Source of the DNA: Chrysomallon squamiferum
Taxonomy: Eukaryota; Animalia; Mollusca
DNA length: 64,000 bases
Assembly: GCA_012295275.1 (NCBI GenBank)
Contig: CM022667.1
Coordinates: forward strand, 21,204,001-21,268,000
Direction: 5' to 3'
In this document: piece after piece, positions 26,672-41,177 of the stretch
How positions within the stretch are numbered: position 1 is the stretch's first letter
How the letters are laid out: the number at the start of each line of letters is the position of its first letter
The notes under the pieces: model-generated
Told to the model about the DNA's origin: nothing
Seen by the model: the letters and a program-made list of their open reading frames with translations, nothing else
Database searches by the model: none
Made by a program: the position numbers and the translations under genes

Positions 26672-27876
26672 GTTATTTTTTCTTTAGGATTTTATTTTTA
26701 AATTAAACTTGTATATATTTAAAACTAAATCACCATGTGTTGTGTGTGTGTAATTTAACTACTTCTAATGTGAGTTGACTGCTGAAGTAACATGTTTACA
26801 GAAAACTGTTTAGAAATGGACACTGAAAGTAATGTGTATATATATCAAAAACCACTTTGTGCCAAATATGATCAGTGTAGCTTTTCATATGAGTATCATC
26901 ACACTATTTTCAATTAGTCTCTATTTTATTAATGTTAAATCTAACTTTACTTGTATTTTTTCCTGATAACAGAAAGAATATGATTATTTTCCACACAGTA
27001 ATAGAGTATTTCTTCATAATTTAACCATTATGGGCACTGCACATCAAGTTTTGTAATACACAAACAGTTTCTTAATTTAACTAATAAAGAACTGGTATAA
27101 ATCAAATACTATGATATTTAAATTATAATATAAGTTTTCAATTTGTATAAAATGAATTGGTTCTAAGAACTGCTATTGCAGAATAATTCATTGTTTTCTT
27201 TGTATATATGTCTGGTTAGATAAATCTGTAACAGTGTATTCCTCTGTGCCTGTAAGAGATTATAGTTAACAGACAGTTGTTGAGATTTAAATAGTGATGT
27301 TTTCTTTATTATAATTGACATTCACAAATTAATCTTCTTTTTCTTTTTCCTATCATGCGGCTTTGAGCATAAATTAACTATTCAAGCTGTTATTTATTAT
27401 TTTACACCAACAGATAATAAAAATATTGATCATCTTGAACATTTATTATTATTATTATTTTTTTTTAGATTGTTGAAATTTGTTATGCGCTACAAAATAA
27501 ATAATTTAAAAAAATAGATGAAAACATTTTGATAAAAATTTCTGAAAATTATTCTGATACAATTAGAATGAAAGACATTGCTTGTATTTGATATTATCAA
27601 TTATTTTTTAATTTGTTATTTTTTATTTTTTATATATTTTTATAATTTTATTTTAATTTTATTTATTTTCATCTTTATATTTATTGTTCATTTTGTATGT
27701 TTAAATAAGACACAATAATAATTGGTGCTGTTTAAAGTTACTGATTTTTAATTAACTGAAATTAGTGTTAAGTTTGGCCAAATAATTAATGAAATTTCAT
27801 TATTTTTTCATTTAATTGACACTAGTCAGAATTTAATACTTTGTCAGTGCATTTAGAAAATACTTTTTTTGTAGAA

Positions 27877-27911
<35 letters not shown>

Positions 27912-29956
27912 AAATACCTTTACTTAAATATTCAAATAAGAAGGTATTGAATAAATAAATCTGATATATGTACACACATTGCATGCAGATGCAAATGCAC
28001 GCACACACACACACACACATGCATATATGCTTTGACACTTCCACAGGTACTTAGAATCCATATTAGTTCAGGATGTTAAAGTTGTCAAATTTAATATCCT
28101 TAAATAATAAGTTTTTTTCTTTTCCCTCATTTAGTATTTTGTAAGAACTGTAGTGTTGGATATGAGATAATCACTGACTGACTCAAACTTGAAACTGTAT
28201 GCATCTCACTAATCATCACTGCCCTAGGTGGTTCATGAAATAATCATCATTGTCAGGTCCTTTCAAAGTCCATAAACTTCTGTTAAAATTTTATGTGGGA
28301 ACCATGACATATATATTCAGTCTGGATTGTTTTCATTAATTTACAGGTTCCAGAATTTGAATTATTGAAAAAACAAGAAACAAAGTAAAATTGAAATACT
28401 GCATATATTTATAAACAATCACAAGTAACACATTGAAGCAAATTTAATTTATCAGCTTAGTGACCCCTCATTTTACTCTTTATCACATATATAGTTTAAA
28501 AAGAAAAGAGAAATGGATATCATTTGAAATGTTTTTTGTTTTGTTTTTGTTTTTTTGTTATTGTAATTAAATCTGATAAATAACTAAAACTAGATTAGTA
28601 TACAGTATATACAATTTTTGTTTAAAATGGTCATGATTTGTCACAGATTATGAAACTACAGATATAAAAAATATTATAATATTTTTAAAAATAAATTTCA
28701 TATTAAAAAGACCTGGATATAATAAATAATATTGGCACTTATGGATTCAGTCGCATATTTCTGGAATGTACAATAATATAATCTAAATATTTTGATATGT
28801 TGTTTACTACTGTTCATAAAAACTACAAATCAATAAATAATATAAAGACAATACTGAAAAGCTGATTGTGGAATGAATTGAGTATTGTCATCTATTACAT
28901 AGATTGCAGAGATTCTTTAAAAAAATAAATAAAAATCAAATAAAGTTGTTTAAAAGTACCCGATGCATTAATCAACAAGTTACATAAGAGTTCTGATTTT
29001 TTTTTTACTGATTACGTATTCCTCCAAATCCTTTTTATCCGTATTACCTGATTTAGATTTTAAAACATTTGTAAATAAAAGGCAAAAAAAATTAATAATA
29101 AATTTGTTGTAGTTGGGATGGTAGAAAAAAGAACACATCACAAAATGAGAGGTGCAGTTAACAGGTTTTGTATTTTGATTTGATAGTAACACATAAAAAT
29201 TCCATCCTGAGATACACGTAGTTAACTCCATGCTTCCATGAAAATGAATGAATTGTTTGAAATGTGGTTACATCAACTGAAGATTTAAGCATATCCAGAT
29301 TCACAGATTTATGCAGTGTGTTTAGTAAGTTGTTTAATTTTATACACTTGTTAGTTAATGAACGTTTCTACCTCATTTCAGTAACATTTCCTTTCTTTGT
29401 GTCTGCTGGGCAGATTTATTAAAATAGTAAAGAATTTCATCTAGAGAATGCAATCACAGACTTTTGTTCTTCATTCACATTTAGTTATGTATTGTTTTCA
29501 CTGTACACACGTTATAATATTCTTCATTGTGTTCTAGGAATTAAATAATTACTCCAGTTTATATGTTTTATTTTAATTATCCTGTATTGTAGATTATTCA
29601 TGAAAAATAACTTACATTTTCACTGCATGTTTAAGTCTACTGACTTATTTTTTTTATTTTATATAAATTAAAAGTGAATACACACTCATATGACGAATAC
29701 ACACTCTTCAATCAGAATGTTTAATAGATGAGTGATGTAACTTTAGATACTAAGGCAATAAACCTGAGCAGATTTTTCTGGTGACAAATTTGTGAAGGTA
29801 TGATCTGTTGTGTCTATTAGAAAGCAAGAAATGTAACTAGCTGTGAGTTCAGACATCAAAGTGACAATCCAGGTGTGAAAGTTGATAAATATCAGTTGAT
29901 TTGAAGATACACAGAGTTCACAATATTCATAATGTGTCCTAAAAACAGAGTCAGTT

Positions 29957-32900
29957 CTACTGGAGGGTACAAACTTTGCTGCTTCGTGGAGTGGAAACAG
30001 TTTCATTTTTAGATGCTGAACCTGCTGACTGCATTCTTCTTTGTTCTGACTGTATACTGTTCAGCTGTGCCTGAAGTAAAAGTATCAACAATAATTTAAG
30101 GAGCTACTTATTCAACTGTAAACCTGAGAAAGGATCTATATATTGTTCTAAAAAGACAGAACAGCCCATTCTTAACAAGTGAATAACAATCATTATTAAG
30201 TGTTTAATGAAAACATTAATGGGCTTGGTTCAACATAGTGAATATTAGAGCTGGAAATATTTCTTAATTCAATTATACACAACAGACCACAAAAAAAAAT
30301 AAAAATAAAATAAAATTCAATTAGTGTTACTGTTAAAATATTTTGAATATAATTAATTTTTTAATATCTAAATGACTGCAGTTTCTTTCTTTTAATATCA
30401 ATAATGTATACTCATAATATAATTTAATGAATTTCACAAAATGAGATAAATGATCAGTTCTGTGTTAATTAAACATACCTGGAGTTCCTGAACCATTTTT
30501 TGATTATTTTGAAGTAACGAACTTTGAGACTGCAACTGTACTTTTAGATTCTCAATTTCTTTCTTCAGACTTTCCTCGCGTGTCTACATTACAAACATTG
30601 TTTATTTATAATTAGTAAACAGTGTGTGTGTTTGTTTGTGGTAGATGTGAAAGATTCCATATTGTTTAACAGTTTTGAGACAAGCAATTCACAATCAGTG
30701 ACTTAATGTAGTTAAAATAATGTGCAACCTTCCAGTGCCAGTACATACAAAGAAAATAAACCATTATTAACCTTGGTTTTATATATGTATATACATATAC
30801 ATATTTACATATATATATATATATATATACATACACACACACACATGTATTTTCACACAAACACACACATATATATATACATGTATGTGTGTGTATGTAT
30901 TTCATTATTTCATTGCAAAAAATAATGAATATTGGTTTTTAAATTTGACCCATTATTTGACACAATTTATAGATTCAGCAAATACCAACTTTTACTAAAA
31001 TGTGAGGATAATTATTTTTCATGACAAACTGGTTACTGAAGGTTGCTGTGTTGTCTGTTGTAAACTGATGCTGGAAGGAACATTACAACTGTCCAAAGTT
31101 TGAATTTAACCTAGGATCATTTGTTTTAAAATGTTTTTCTCTACATCTCACAAGTAATTTTACTTGGGACAATATGTCTGAAAAGTTTAGGCTGAATTTG
31201 ATGTAACAAGTAAGTCAAATGTAGTTTCATAGTTTACTAACAACTAGTGTGTACCCAACATATCTGCCAAGTAAATATTTTGAAGACTAGAATACAAAAT
31301 AATTTATTATCGTTTTTTAAATCATTTTTTTGAATTTACACCCACTTTTATTTGATTTATTTTTTAATACTGTAATATTATTTACAATTCAATTTTTGAA
31401 AATAGGTGTTTGTTTTTTATTGTATTTTTTCTTTTTTTTCCTCCCAAAAATAGATAAGAATGTAAAACAAACCAATGCCTGTTTGTCCTCCTTTCTTGCA
31501 AACTCTTCTTGTTTCTGTCTCTGTTCTAACTCCATCTCTCTGATTCTAGCCTCAGCAATACGCTTCTCAGTTCTCAGCTGATCCAACTCAAACTAGAAAA
31601 TTGCACACCTATCTACCGTTGTTTACTTCATTTTGTGTTTTCATTAATGATTTAAACCAAACATTCGGGATTTCTGAATATTTAGTTATTAACCTATATT
31701 TAATATATTTTTTTAATAGAACTATAAACATGCAACGAAAAATAAACATTTTTGCTGGGACATCACTTTTATTCTGTTGATAATAAAAGTGTAATAATAA
31801 TACTATTAAAATATATATTCTGATAGTAGCAAATCATTGCTGAAACCCTGTAGTCTATCAGGGATTTACATGTTATAAAGTAAAAAGAAAGGGTTATCAT
31901 GATATTGTACCTCTGGGAAAATTTGGGGTTTTTCAGAAAAAAATAAAAAGTCACTTGGAAGGATAATTACTTTAGAAGCATGTTATTTAATAAAACTGTC
32001 TACTAGTAACTTCCATTTTTATATTTAATTTTATGTACATTCAACAAATTCATTTAATAAAACTACTTATTAATATTAGTATAAGAAATTAAAAACTGCT
32101 GATTTGTTTTCAATATTTAAAAAACATTTTTATACCAGTAACGTATCTTCTCTTTTTTTCACTGTGACGTCTGACACAAAACCTCGGGCTGCAATCTGAT
32201 CTCTGAGTTCCACCTCACTGTTATGTAAACAGAAGTCAACTTTACAGAATCATAACCAGTGTGAGAAAATTGTGTTTCTAAAAGCTAAAACCAGTACACA
32301 TCAAGTGTAAGTTTGTGAATTTACCCTTCTATTCTCGTTACCTTTCTTGGCTAAAAATATAATAGAATTTCCCTGTTTTCTTTTTATTATTAAGTCATTC
32401 CATACATTACAAATAGAAAAAAATAAAAAACAAAAAATAAAATAAAATTATTTATGAGAAACTCACAGCAAAGTTCATCAGGTTGTTCTGTATTTATTTC
32501 ATCTATGTCTATGTTAATAGTAATATACAGATAATAAATTGACACAATTATTTTCTTTTTTATGTTTAAAAACAATGCTTACACAGATTCATTAATATTT
32601 ACATTTCCTTGTAATCAAAATTAAATTACATAGCAAAATTGGGGATTTTAAATTATTAATGTCTTTTAATGATTAACAACCATGTTAAATATTTTTGTTT
32701 CGTTTATGGTACTTAAATCATTTAGTTATATTTATTATTATGTGAAAAATAAATTTTCCATTCATACAAAATTATTCCTGTTTTTCTATTTTACTTTTTG
32801 CTTTTTGTATTAATAATCTCTAACAAACCTTTTGCCGTAAGTTTTTCCTCGTAATCTTTTCTTTGCCAAAACCTTCTTACTAGGAAATGGTTTAGGTTTT

Positions 32901-35900
32901 GCAGAACCAGGACTGATTGTTGTTTTTACAGCTTTTTCTGTTGACTCCTTTTTTTCTCTGCGATTGAAACAAACATTAATCATGGTTATTGTATTTGGAA
33001 TCATCCACATTATACAATAAAAAACTGATAATATTAATAAATATTTGGTACATGTTGTTAAGTAATATATTTTTAAAATTCCTACTAACAGTTTTACTTC
33101 AATAAGCTCAAGCATTATGAAATTATCAAGTAATGTCATTATTTCTAATATAATAAATTAAGTTTAGTCAGAACCTAACAGTATTACATGCTTCCAGTGA
33201 CAGAAAGTAGAATGTTTGGGTTTTCAAAATAAAACATACTTTTTTGTTCCAGCAGTTTCGCTAGCGCTGCTGTCAGACATTGGTTCAACTGACACACCAT
33301 CCAGGTTGCTGCCACTGCTAGTTGCAGATATTGACCTGGGCCGTGGAATCACCTGTAACATAGTCTACTTATTTCAAATATAAACTTAACATTTATAAAT
33401 ATGTATGTGAATCTGTGTTTATGTCTCTGTATCTGTGTATTGTTTTAGTATTTTACAGAAAAAGTTTCTGTCATTATAATTTCTTTAAGCTATTTAGGTT
33501 GTTACTACGCCACAACAATCAATAGCTTTTCTGTTCAGTATTTTGTTAAGCCTACAACATCCTCTGGGTTGAGAAAAATGTATTTCTTTGCAGAACTAGC
33601 AATCCATATCCTCATGAAATGCTTCACTGACTATAAAGCTTACATGAAAATTCATTTGTCGGAGTACTAACCTGAACACCTATCCAAGTTACTAGCTTTT
33701 CTTTTCCTCCAGAGTGACATAAATTTTTTGTTTCCACTTCTTCTTAATTTAAAACAGAATAGTGAAAGAAAAAAAGGAAACCAAAGTTCAAAGTCAAAGT
33801 ATGACTGTAGGTATTAATTAAAGATGAACAAGAAAAGTTAAAGTATAAAATCTTACTTGTTTTTCAGCTGACTGCTGCACTGTTCTGAACTGCTGTGGCA
33901 CATGAGCAATAACTGGAAGGAAGATTTAAATGTCAAAACAAAATGTAAAGAAATAATTAAACACCTTTTCATTTCACTACTTAGAAATTTAAAAAAATGG
34001 GTTTTTAAAAAAAAATTAAAAATGAGATTACAACTATTCTGCACACTGTTTACTAAACAAGCTGACTAACCAGGAGTCAGTGCTCTGCTGATCTGAATAC
34101 TTGACATGGAGCTGTCTATTCCCTGTCTTCTTAAATCATAATCTGACTGGTCAGTAGTGTCATCTGCCTCATTCCCATCATGCAGCTCTTCTGTCTCAGT
34201 AGAAAGTTCTTCCTGTAACCAGGCTGGAATCTGTAATTATTTCACAATCACCACTCAGAGCAACATACTGTTTCAGTTAAATTCTTCAGAAATTTCTCAC
34301 GAATGGCAAATAGTAAGCAAGGTTCAGGATGACATTCACAGAGAATAGATATCATTACAACTTTTTTTTCCCATATATTTAAAATAAATTTATTTATTTA
34401 TTTTATTTTTCTTCCTTCTAAGATTTAAATTTTTTTTTTTTTTTGGCATAATACAGCAGTAAATGTGACTGAAAAATGTATATATAATGATCAAAATAAT
34501 TCATAGATTAAGATTTAAAATAATTGGGGCAGAATGTGAACGGAGATATTTAGAATTATTGAGATAAAAGAATTTAGATGTAATTTTAGAGTGGAGACTG
34601 AGAAATGAAAGAACTTGATACTGTAATGGTAATGACAGTTATGAGAAGAATAAAACTTTTACTGAAGCACGAGAGTCGATCTCCGAGGCCTCTGACGAGT
34701 ATTCATCTCCTCCGTCGTGACTGGACGCTGTGTGACTCTTAACACTGTCGTTGGCTGGACTCACGTAGTATGACCGCTTTCTGAAACAGACACTCACTCA
34801 GTTAGGTTACTTAAAGAGGATTTGAAATAGGGTCTCTGTGTCTGATAATCAGTTACTGCAGCAGGTTAGACCAATTACTAAAATGGGATGATTTTGAAAT
34901 GGTGAAAATTTGAAAAATGAAGAAAACTGATTTTTTTGTGTTCTCACCGTATACTCCTTTTTTTGAGAGCCTTTTTCCTGGGTGGAGGAGCAGTAGTTTC
35001 TAGCTGAATAAAAAGGTTTTCTCCGTGACAAAAGAAATTACCCAGTAACACCTTCTCATTCACCTGTTTTATCCTGAACACAAAAAAAGTATTTTATTTG
35101 TTTTAAAATCAAACATACAAGGAGAGTATTAATTATAATCAAATAAAAATGTCCCTTCTTTCTAAATTTAACAGCAGTATTTTCTCAGCAATATTTTTTA
35201 TCTTAAATACATTCTAAAACAACAAGGTGTTTTGGGTTGTTCTTTTAAATAAGTCCCATAGTATGACCAAAGACATTAAAATGAAAACTACTTAAAAACC
35301 TATTTTATCACCTTTTTAGAGAAAAATATTAAATCACTAATTTTACACGTATGCATCCAAACTAATATTTTACTGTCAAAAATCAATTTAAAACATAAAA
35401 TTACACTAACAAAAACAATTCATTATTAAATAAAGGTATATTAAATCATGAACCCTAAATTTTTAATGTACCATAGTAGATCTAAAATACTGACAATTTG
35501 TAGTTTTCTAAATACCTGATAATCTCTGTGGGGTTGGTGATGAGAACAGAATCATCTCGTATCACGTCCTTATCTTTATCAGTTTCTTTGTTCTTATCTT
35601 TGTCTTTTTCTTTCACATTTTCTCGACTGCTTGCACTGATTGAACGACTGGGAAGACTACCTGAAATATTAAATATCAACAAATCTTGTTTAATATCATG
35701 AAGTCATTGTTTAATTGCAAGTCTTTGTTAATATTTAAATTGATAATTGTTATAACAAAAATGAAGATAACAATTTAATGAGGGGGAAGCAAGCAGATCT
35801 CTTAGCTAGCTAATATATACCACTATCTAAGATAACAGTAACAAACAAGACCGGGTTTCCAATTAAAGGGCTTTAATATTAGTTTAATTCCTGATACAGC

Positions 35901-38752
35901 AATGTTAACATTTACCACATGGTAACTCTGGCGTCTCCAAGGAGGACAAACTGACCAGGTTCATAAAACAAATAACATTAAGAATTCTACAAAACTTAAA
36001 AACATCAAACCAATACAAAAAAAACCAAATGATCAGTGTTGCCACCTTCACTACAATTGTTTCAGGTTCTGCAATGTCCCAGGCCAGTGTGCAATGCTTT
36101 GCTCTCTCAGAGAGTTGCTCCTTAAATTCCAGTCAGCAGTTGCCATATATGGTCATGTCACATGATCATACATTCCCCAGTGTCAAAAGCTCCCAGCAGG
36201 AGGAAACATCTTTATCTTGCTAGCACTTACTACCCACTAATTACCTTTATAGAATAGGAAGTAATTATTTCCCAACTTAAAATGTTGCCATCCTCAGCAA
36301 CACAAAAACATTTAATAATACTTTTAACTGATGTAATAAAGATATATCTCTGTCTCTCACCCATTAATAATGACTACACAAGTAACAATAAGAAAAAATA
36401 AATAAATATAACAAAAACATCAGCACTAATCCTAAAGAAGTATGATAATAATTTGAAATGGGTAAAAGATATGTAGAAGTCTATACCCTGTTCTCAATAA
36501 CAGTAACACAAAAGAAAAAGGTTCTGTGTTGAAGTAAATAATTACTTAGAGGTCTAAATCCTGGTTTGAAGTCGCTGGATGATGACATCTGGATGCCGCT
36601 GTCTGTGTGAGACGTCACACTGTCACCGCTCACCTGTCTACCTGTCTGCTGACTCACATCATCATTTAACTTACTCACGCTCTTCTGGCTGCCTGAAAAC
36701 AAACAACAAATACATTTAACTAGATAAATACATTGTTCAACTGGAATGTTCAGCTGAAAGTCGATAATTAAACAAATAAAAACATAATATTCATGTTCCT
36801 TATTCTAATGAGATACCTTGCTAATAACAGATAAACAGCAGCTGTAGTGATTTTACACAGACATAGATTTAAAAAAAAATTATTATCTTTTGGGTTCCAT
36901 CCATTAACTTCTGTTTAGATTGAAAAAGATTTATTATTATACAGATGTTCACATCTTATCATATATGCATGAAAACAAATTTCTAAACACTAACTTTCTG
37001 TTACTGTGGCTACTGCAGATTCTCTCACAGTTGCTGACCCGCTGTTGTTGCTGGTGTTGCTGGGGTTGCGAGAGTGACCCATGGCTCGTGGGGTGATGCT
37101 TTCTAGTCTGATGTCATCACGACTAACAGCAGCAGACATGCTTGACTCGCTGCCTGCCACGCTTGACTGGCTGGTTGTGTCATCGGGAATAGCTGTAGAG
37201 GGAGAGGTGAAGCGAAGACCCCAGTAATAGAGTTCATGATTCTTTGTACTAGCCACAGTGTAAAACTTACCACACTGAACTCTCTGTGAAATAAGGATAA
37301 GAAAAAAAAGTACATAAATAAATATATATTTCAGTTTGTGAGTGTGTGTTTGTGTGTGTGGGTTTGTGCGCATTTTAATTTTTATTATCTTCATCACCAT
37401 CATGTTTGTGGACTTTCTGCATTCTGGACTTATACTGGAGTTTCTTTTGAATGTTTGCATGTGTGTGCTTTTGTGAGCTTTTGTGAAAGTACATAAGTTT
37501 GTGAATTGTATGCATATTCATGTATATAAACCATTATGTTTCTAAAATTACATCAGTATCTTTTATTAGTTCAAAATAAATCTAAGCAATACCTTCAGAT
37601 AGGAAATCGACTTACATATCAAAATGAAAGCAAAATATTTCTTAAAAACTTATCTAAATATTTAAAATGACAAAGAACTAATTTAATTTAAAGGGGATTG
37701 TAAATATCTTTACTACTACTCGCATGATAAATGTAACATCCTAATTTTTTAAATAATGAAGTAAACAATGTTTGATTTAAAATCAAAAAACTTTGTGAAA
37801 TTAAAATTAACAATGAAACTGAGCAAACATTTGATAGCATTAGTTTGTGAAAATTTAACTTACATTAACAGATTTTTCTGCCAGTGATTTCACCTCAACT
37901 GGGGCATTAGATGACTTCTTATCTCCAGTTCCAAGCTGACCTTCACTGTTACGTCCAAATGTGTAGACATGCCCAGACTCCACTATGACAGCTGAGTGGT
38001 GAGGTCCCATTGATATTTCAGTGACACGATGTCGCGCCAGAGCTCGCACTGGAGTCAGCGTCGTCTTCCCTTCAACCTCAGTCTGTAAACAACAAATACC
38101 TTAATTTAAATGTGTAAGTATTGTACAAAATATTACAAAAATTTTATAAAAATAATCAAATTAGATAATAAGAAATTACATTTATGATTAATTTAAAAAC
38201 AGTTAATTGTAAATTGTGTATCAAATTATTTCATCGTTAAATAAAATACGTTTTACTGATACCATCATTTCTTTATTTACTTGATAAAACACAAAAATGT
38301 TTTTAAATTTCTGAATCAGAAGTGGGGTTTTATATTTCAATGGCTAAAATTTACATTGAATACTTACTTTTGTAAAAATGTTTTTCATTGCCATGAGGAA
38401 GCCCTGTCTGTTGTTTAAACCCAGTTTGTTGTTTTCATTACTACCACATGCAAACACGCTGCCAACGTCACTGAGAAACATTGTACCATCCTCACCACAC
38501 CAGACACGCTGCAGCATCACCGGCTCTTCCACCTTCACCTCACTGGGAATACACCTGTAAAACACACAAATAAACATCAGTTAACAACTTACTAACTTGA
38601 TATTTAAATATTTGCTATACTCTCTCAACAGAGAAAATAAAAATATCATCTTTTTAAAGAAATAACCATTCAAAGTTTAAAAGAAATAATTGATTATTTT
38701 TAAATGAATTATTTTCTATAGAGAGAAAAAAAAAAAAATGTGTGTATGTATG

Positions 38753-38784
<32 letters not shown>

Positions 38785-41144
38785 TATACATACACACATT
38801 TTTTGTTTTTGAGAGAGAGAGAGAGAGAGAGAGAGAAAAAAAATATTAATAAATATATATATATATATATATAAAATTGGTGTTACAAAGTATTTAACTT
38901 TGAACAAAATTGGCACTTACCGATTTTCATCACTACCAAGTCCTAGTCGACCATCAGCACCCTGACCCCAGGAAAAAACCTCACCCTTACTCCCCACAGC
39001 AACCACATGGCTGGAACCACATGCAATAGCTGTAACATCCAAACTGAAATAAATGTAAGTAACAGCTCATGCACAATAATCAAAAACACTCGCTGTACCT
39101 TTCTAATATTACCAGACCATTTTATAATATGTTCAACATAGTCCACAATAATTATTATTAATTACTTTAAAATCATGATATATGTTTAATAATTACTGCA
39201 GCACAAATTTAAAAAAAACAAAAAAAAACAAACATTTACAGTTACTTGTTACACATAGTTGTTTATCAGTAAAACTAAGGTAAATTAATGTATGTGACAG
39301 CACTATAAGTTTAAGAACCACATAGCAAAACTTTCTTCATCCAAAGTATATAAGATGGTCGCTACCTGAGTAAAGTTTCTATCAGTCTGGGTTTGGTCTG
39401 ATCAGACCAGTCTCCGTGTCCGAGACAACCCTTCGACCCATCGCCACACGTCAGCACCAAGCCATTGTTACTGGCAAAAATGCTGAAACCATCTCCACAG
39501 CACGCACTGTGAACATAAGCATTTTACTGTAGAAAAATCTGTTATATTCTTATTTTGTGTTAATATGATTTCACCAACACAGATACAGATACTAATGTAT
39601 CTCTGTTACCTTTGCTTTAGCTCCCATACACACATCAAACTAGAGACAAACACTTAAATAAATGTTACAGACAAGCTGTTTTGTACCTTGACCCCCAAAA
39701 AATACATCAACCTTTCTCCCTACTGCTAACAATAAAATAGATTTCCCCTTTAAGTGCCTCTGTTATCTTTAGCTGTTCATAGAGACATACATATATAAAT
39801 ATTTATAGAGACATATATATGTATAAATGTTTATAGAGACATACATATATGAATATTTATAGAGACAAACTGTATTTTGCTTACAAAGAAACAGATTTCC
39901 CTTTAAGTGCCTCAATTATCTTTGGCTGTGATAATTGCTCATGATTGCCATGTCCCAGTTGCCCATGGTTACCTTCACCCCAACTGTATATCTGATGTTC
40001 CATTGTTATCACAACAACATGGTTTGGGCCTATAGCAACCTGGATAATTAATTTTGAAATAATCAGATGATAATAAAAAGATTGGTAATTATGCTCTTTA
40101 TCTTCTCCTAATATCAATAACTAGCATTTCACTGAAATAACATAGTAATATTTCAAGGTTTATTGTAAACCATTATATATTATAATAATTCATTTCATTT
40201 TATGTTGTAAAAATATGTATATAATATTAAATATTTCCCCAAAAAATCAGTGGTCACATATGACCAATTTATTTCCCAAATATTAAAGTAAAAATTTATT
40301 ATGCATTTAAAAATAATTAGAAAACGTAGTAAGACTGTAAAATTGAGTGGTAAATTGTAGAAACATTAAGTTCAAAATTAATCAGTAGCAGTCCTTTAGC
40401 ATGAATATTATTTTAACATTCTGACATCAAATAAAATCAAACAGATGCTAGTATAAATGTTACTGTAATAAATATTAGAAAACTCCAATCTAATCAAAAC
40501 AACAAGACATCTGGGGCAAGAACTTTTAAAAGAAAATCATTCTTCAGAAATAAAATTTAATGTCACCAACAAAAGTAATGAAAGATTTTTAAAAAATGTG
40601 AAATATACCTGTCGAATTTTCATTCTTGGTGGCAGATCAGAAAAACAGGTCAAGCTGCAGGTAGACAGATCCATGTAATACAGTACAGATCTGTTAAAAC
40701 ATTTCAATTCATATTTTATTTAGCAGCCTCACTGATCACATATATATATATACAAACAAAGAATTTTGCTTATTATATGACACTGTCAGATGTACAAATA
40801 TACAAAACATGTTAATACTGAACAAAGCACATACAAATGAAGAATGACTTCAAACTGTCAGTTAATCAAGAAAATGATAATGAACACAAAAAATAAAAAT
40901 GTCAGTTGATTCCACAAGAAAATGTTTACCATAATATTCATTAGTCATTTTAAAGTGCAGGAGACTAGTGGTTCTTTTAATAGCCTGAATATATGTAATA
41001 CATGTCTGTCTAACTGTCAGTTTCTTTTTGGCAGCAACAAAATAGCAGTCTTGTTAAGAAGTACAGATCCTGAACTTTTATGACATCATTTCTCTATATA
41101 GTAAAATAAATTATCTTTTTTTTTCTTCTTTTTTTTTCAGTTAG

Positions 41145-41177
<33 letters not shown>

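Noticed and set aside
35004-35041. Apparent 38-nt intron in the NEK gene
   Set aside because: Too short, and read-through gives an open frame ([24 protein letters not shown]) that keeps downstream phase.
36029-36303. Possible MITE starting CAGTGTTGCCA and a 64-aa ORF
   Set aside because: Only a short imperfect inverted match and no target-site duplication; ORF unrecognisable.
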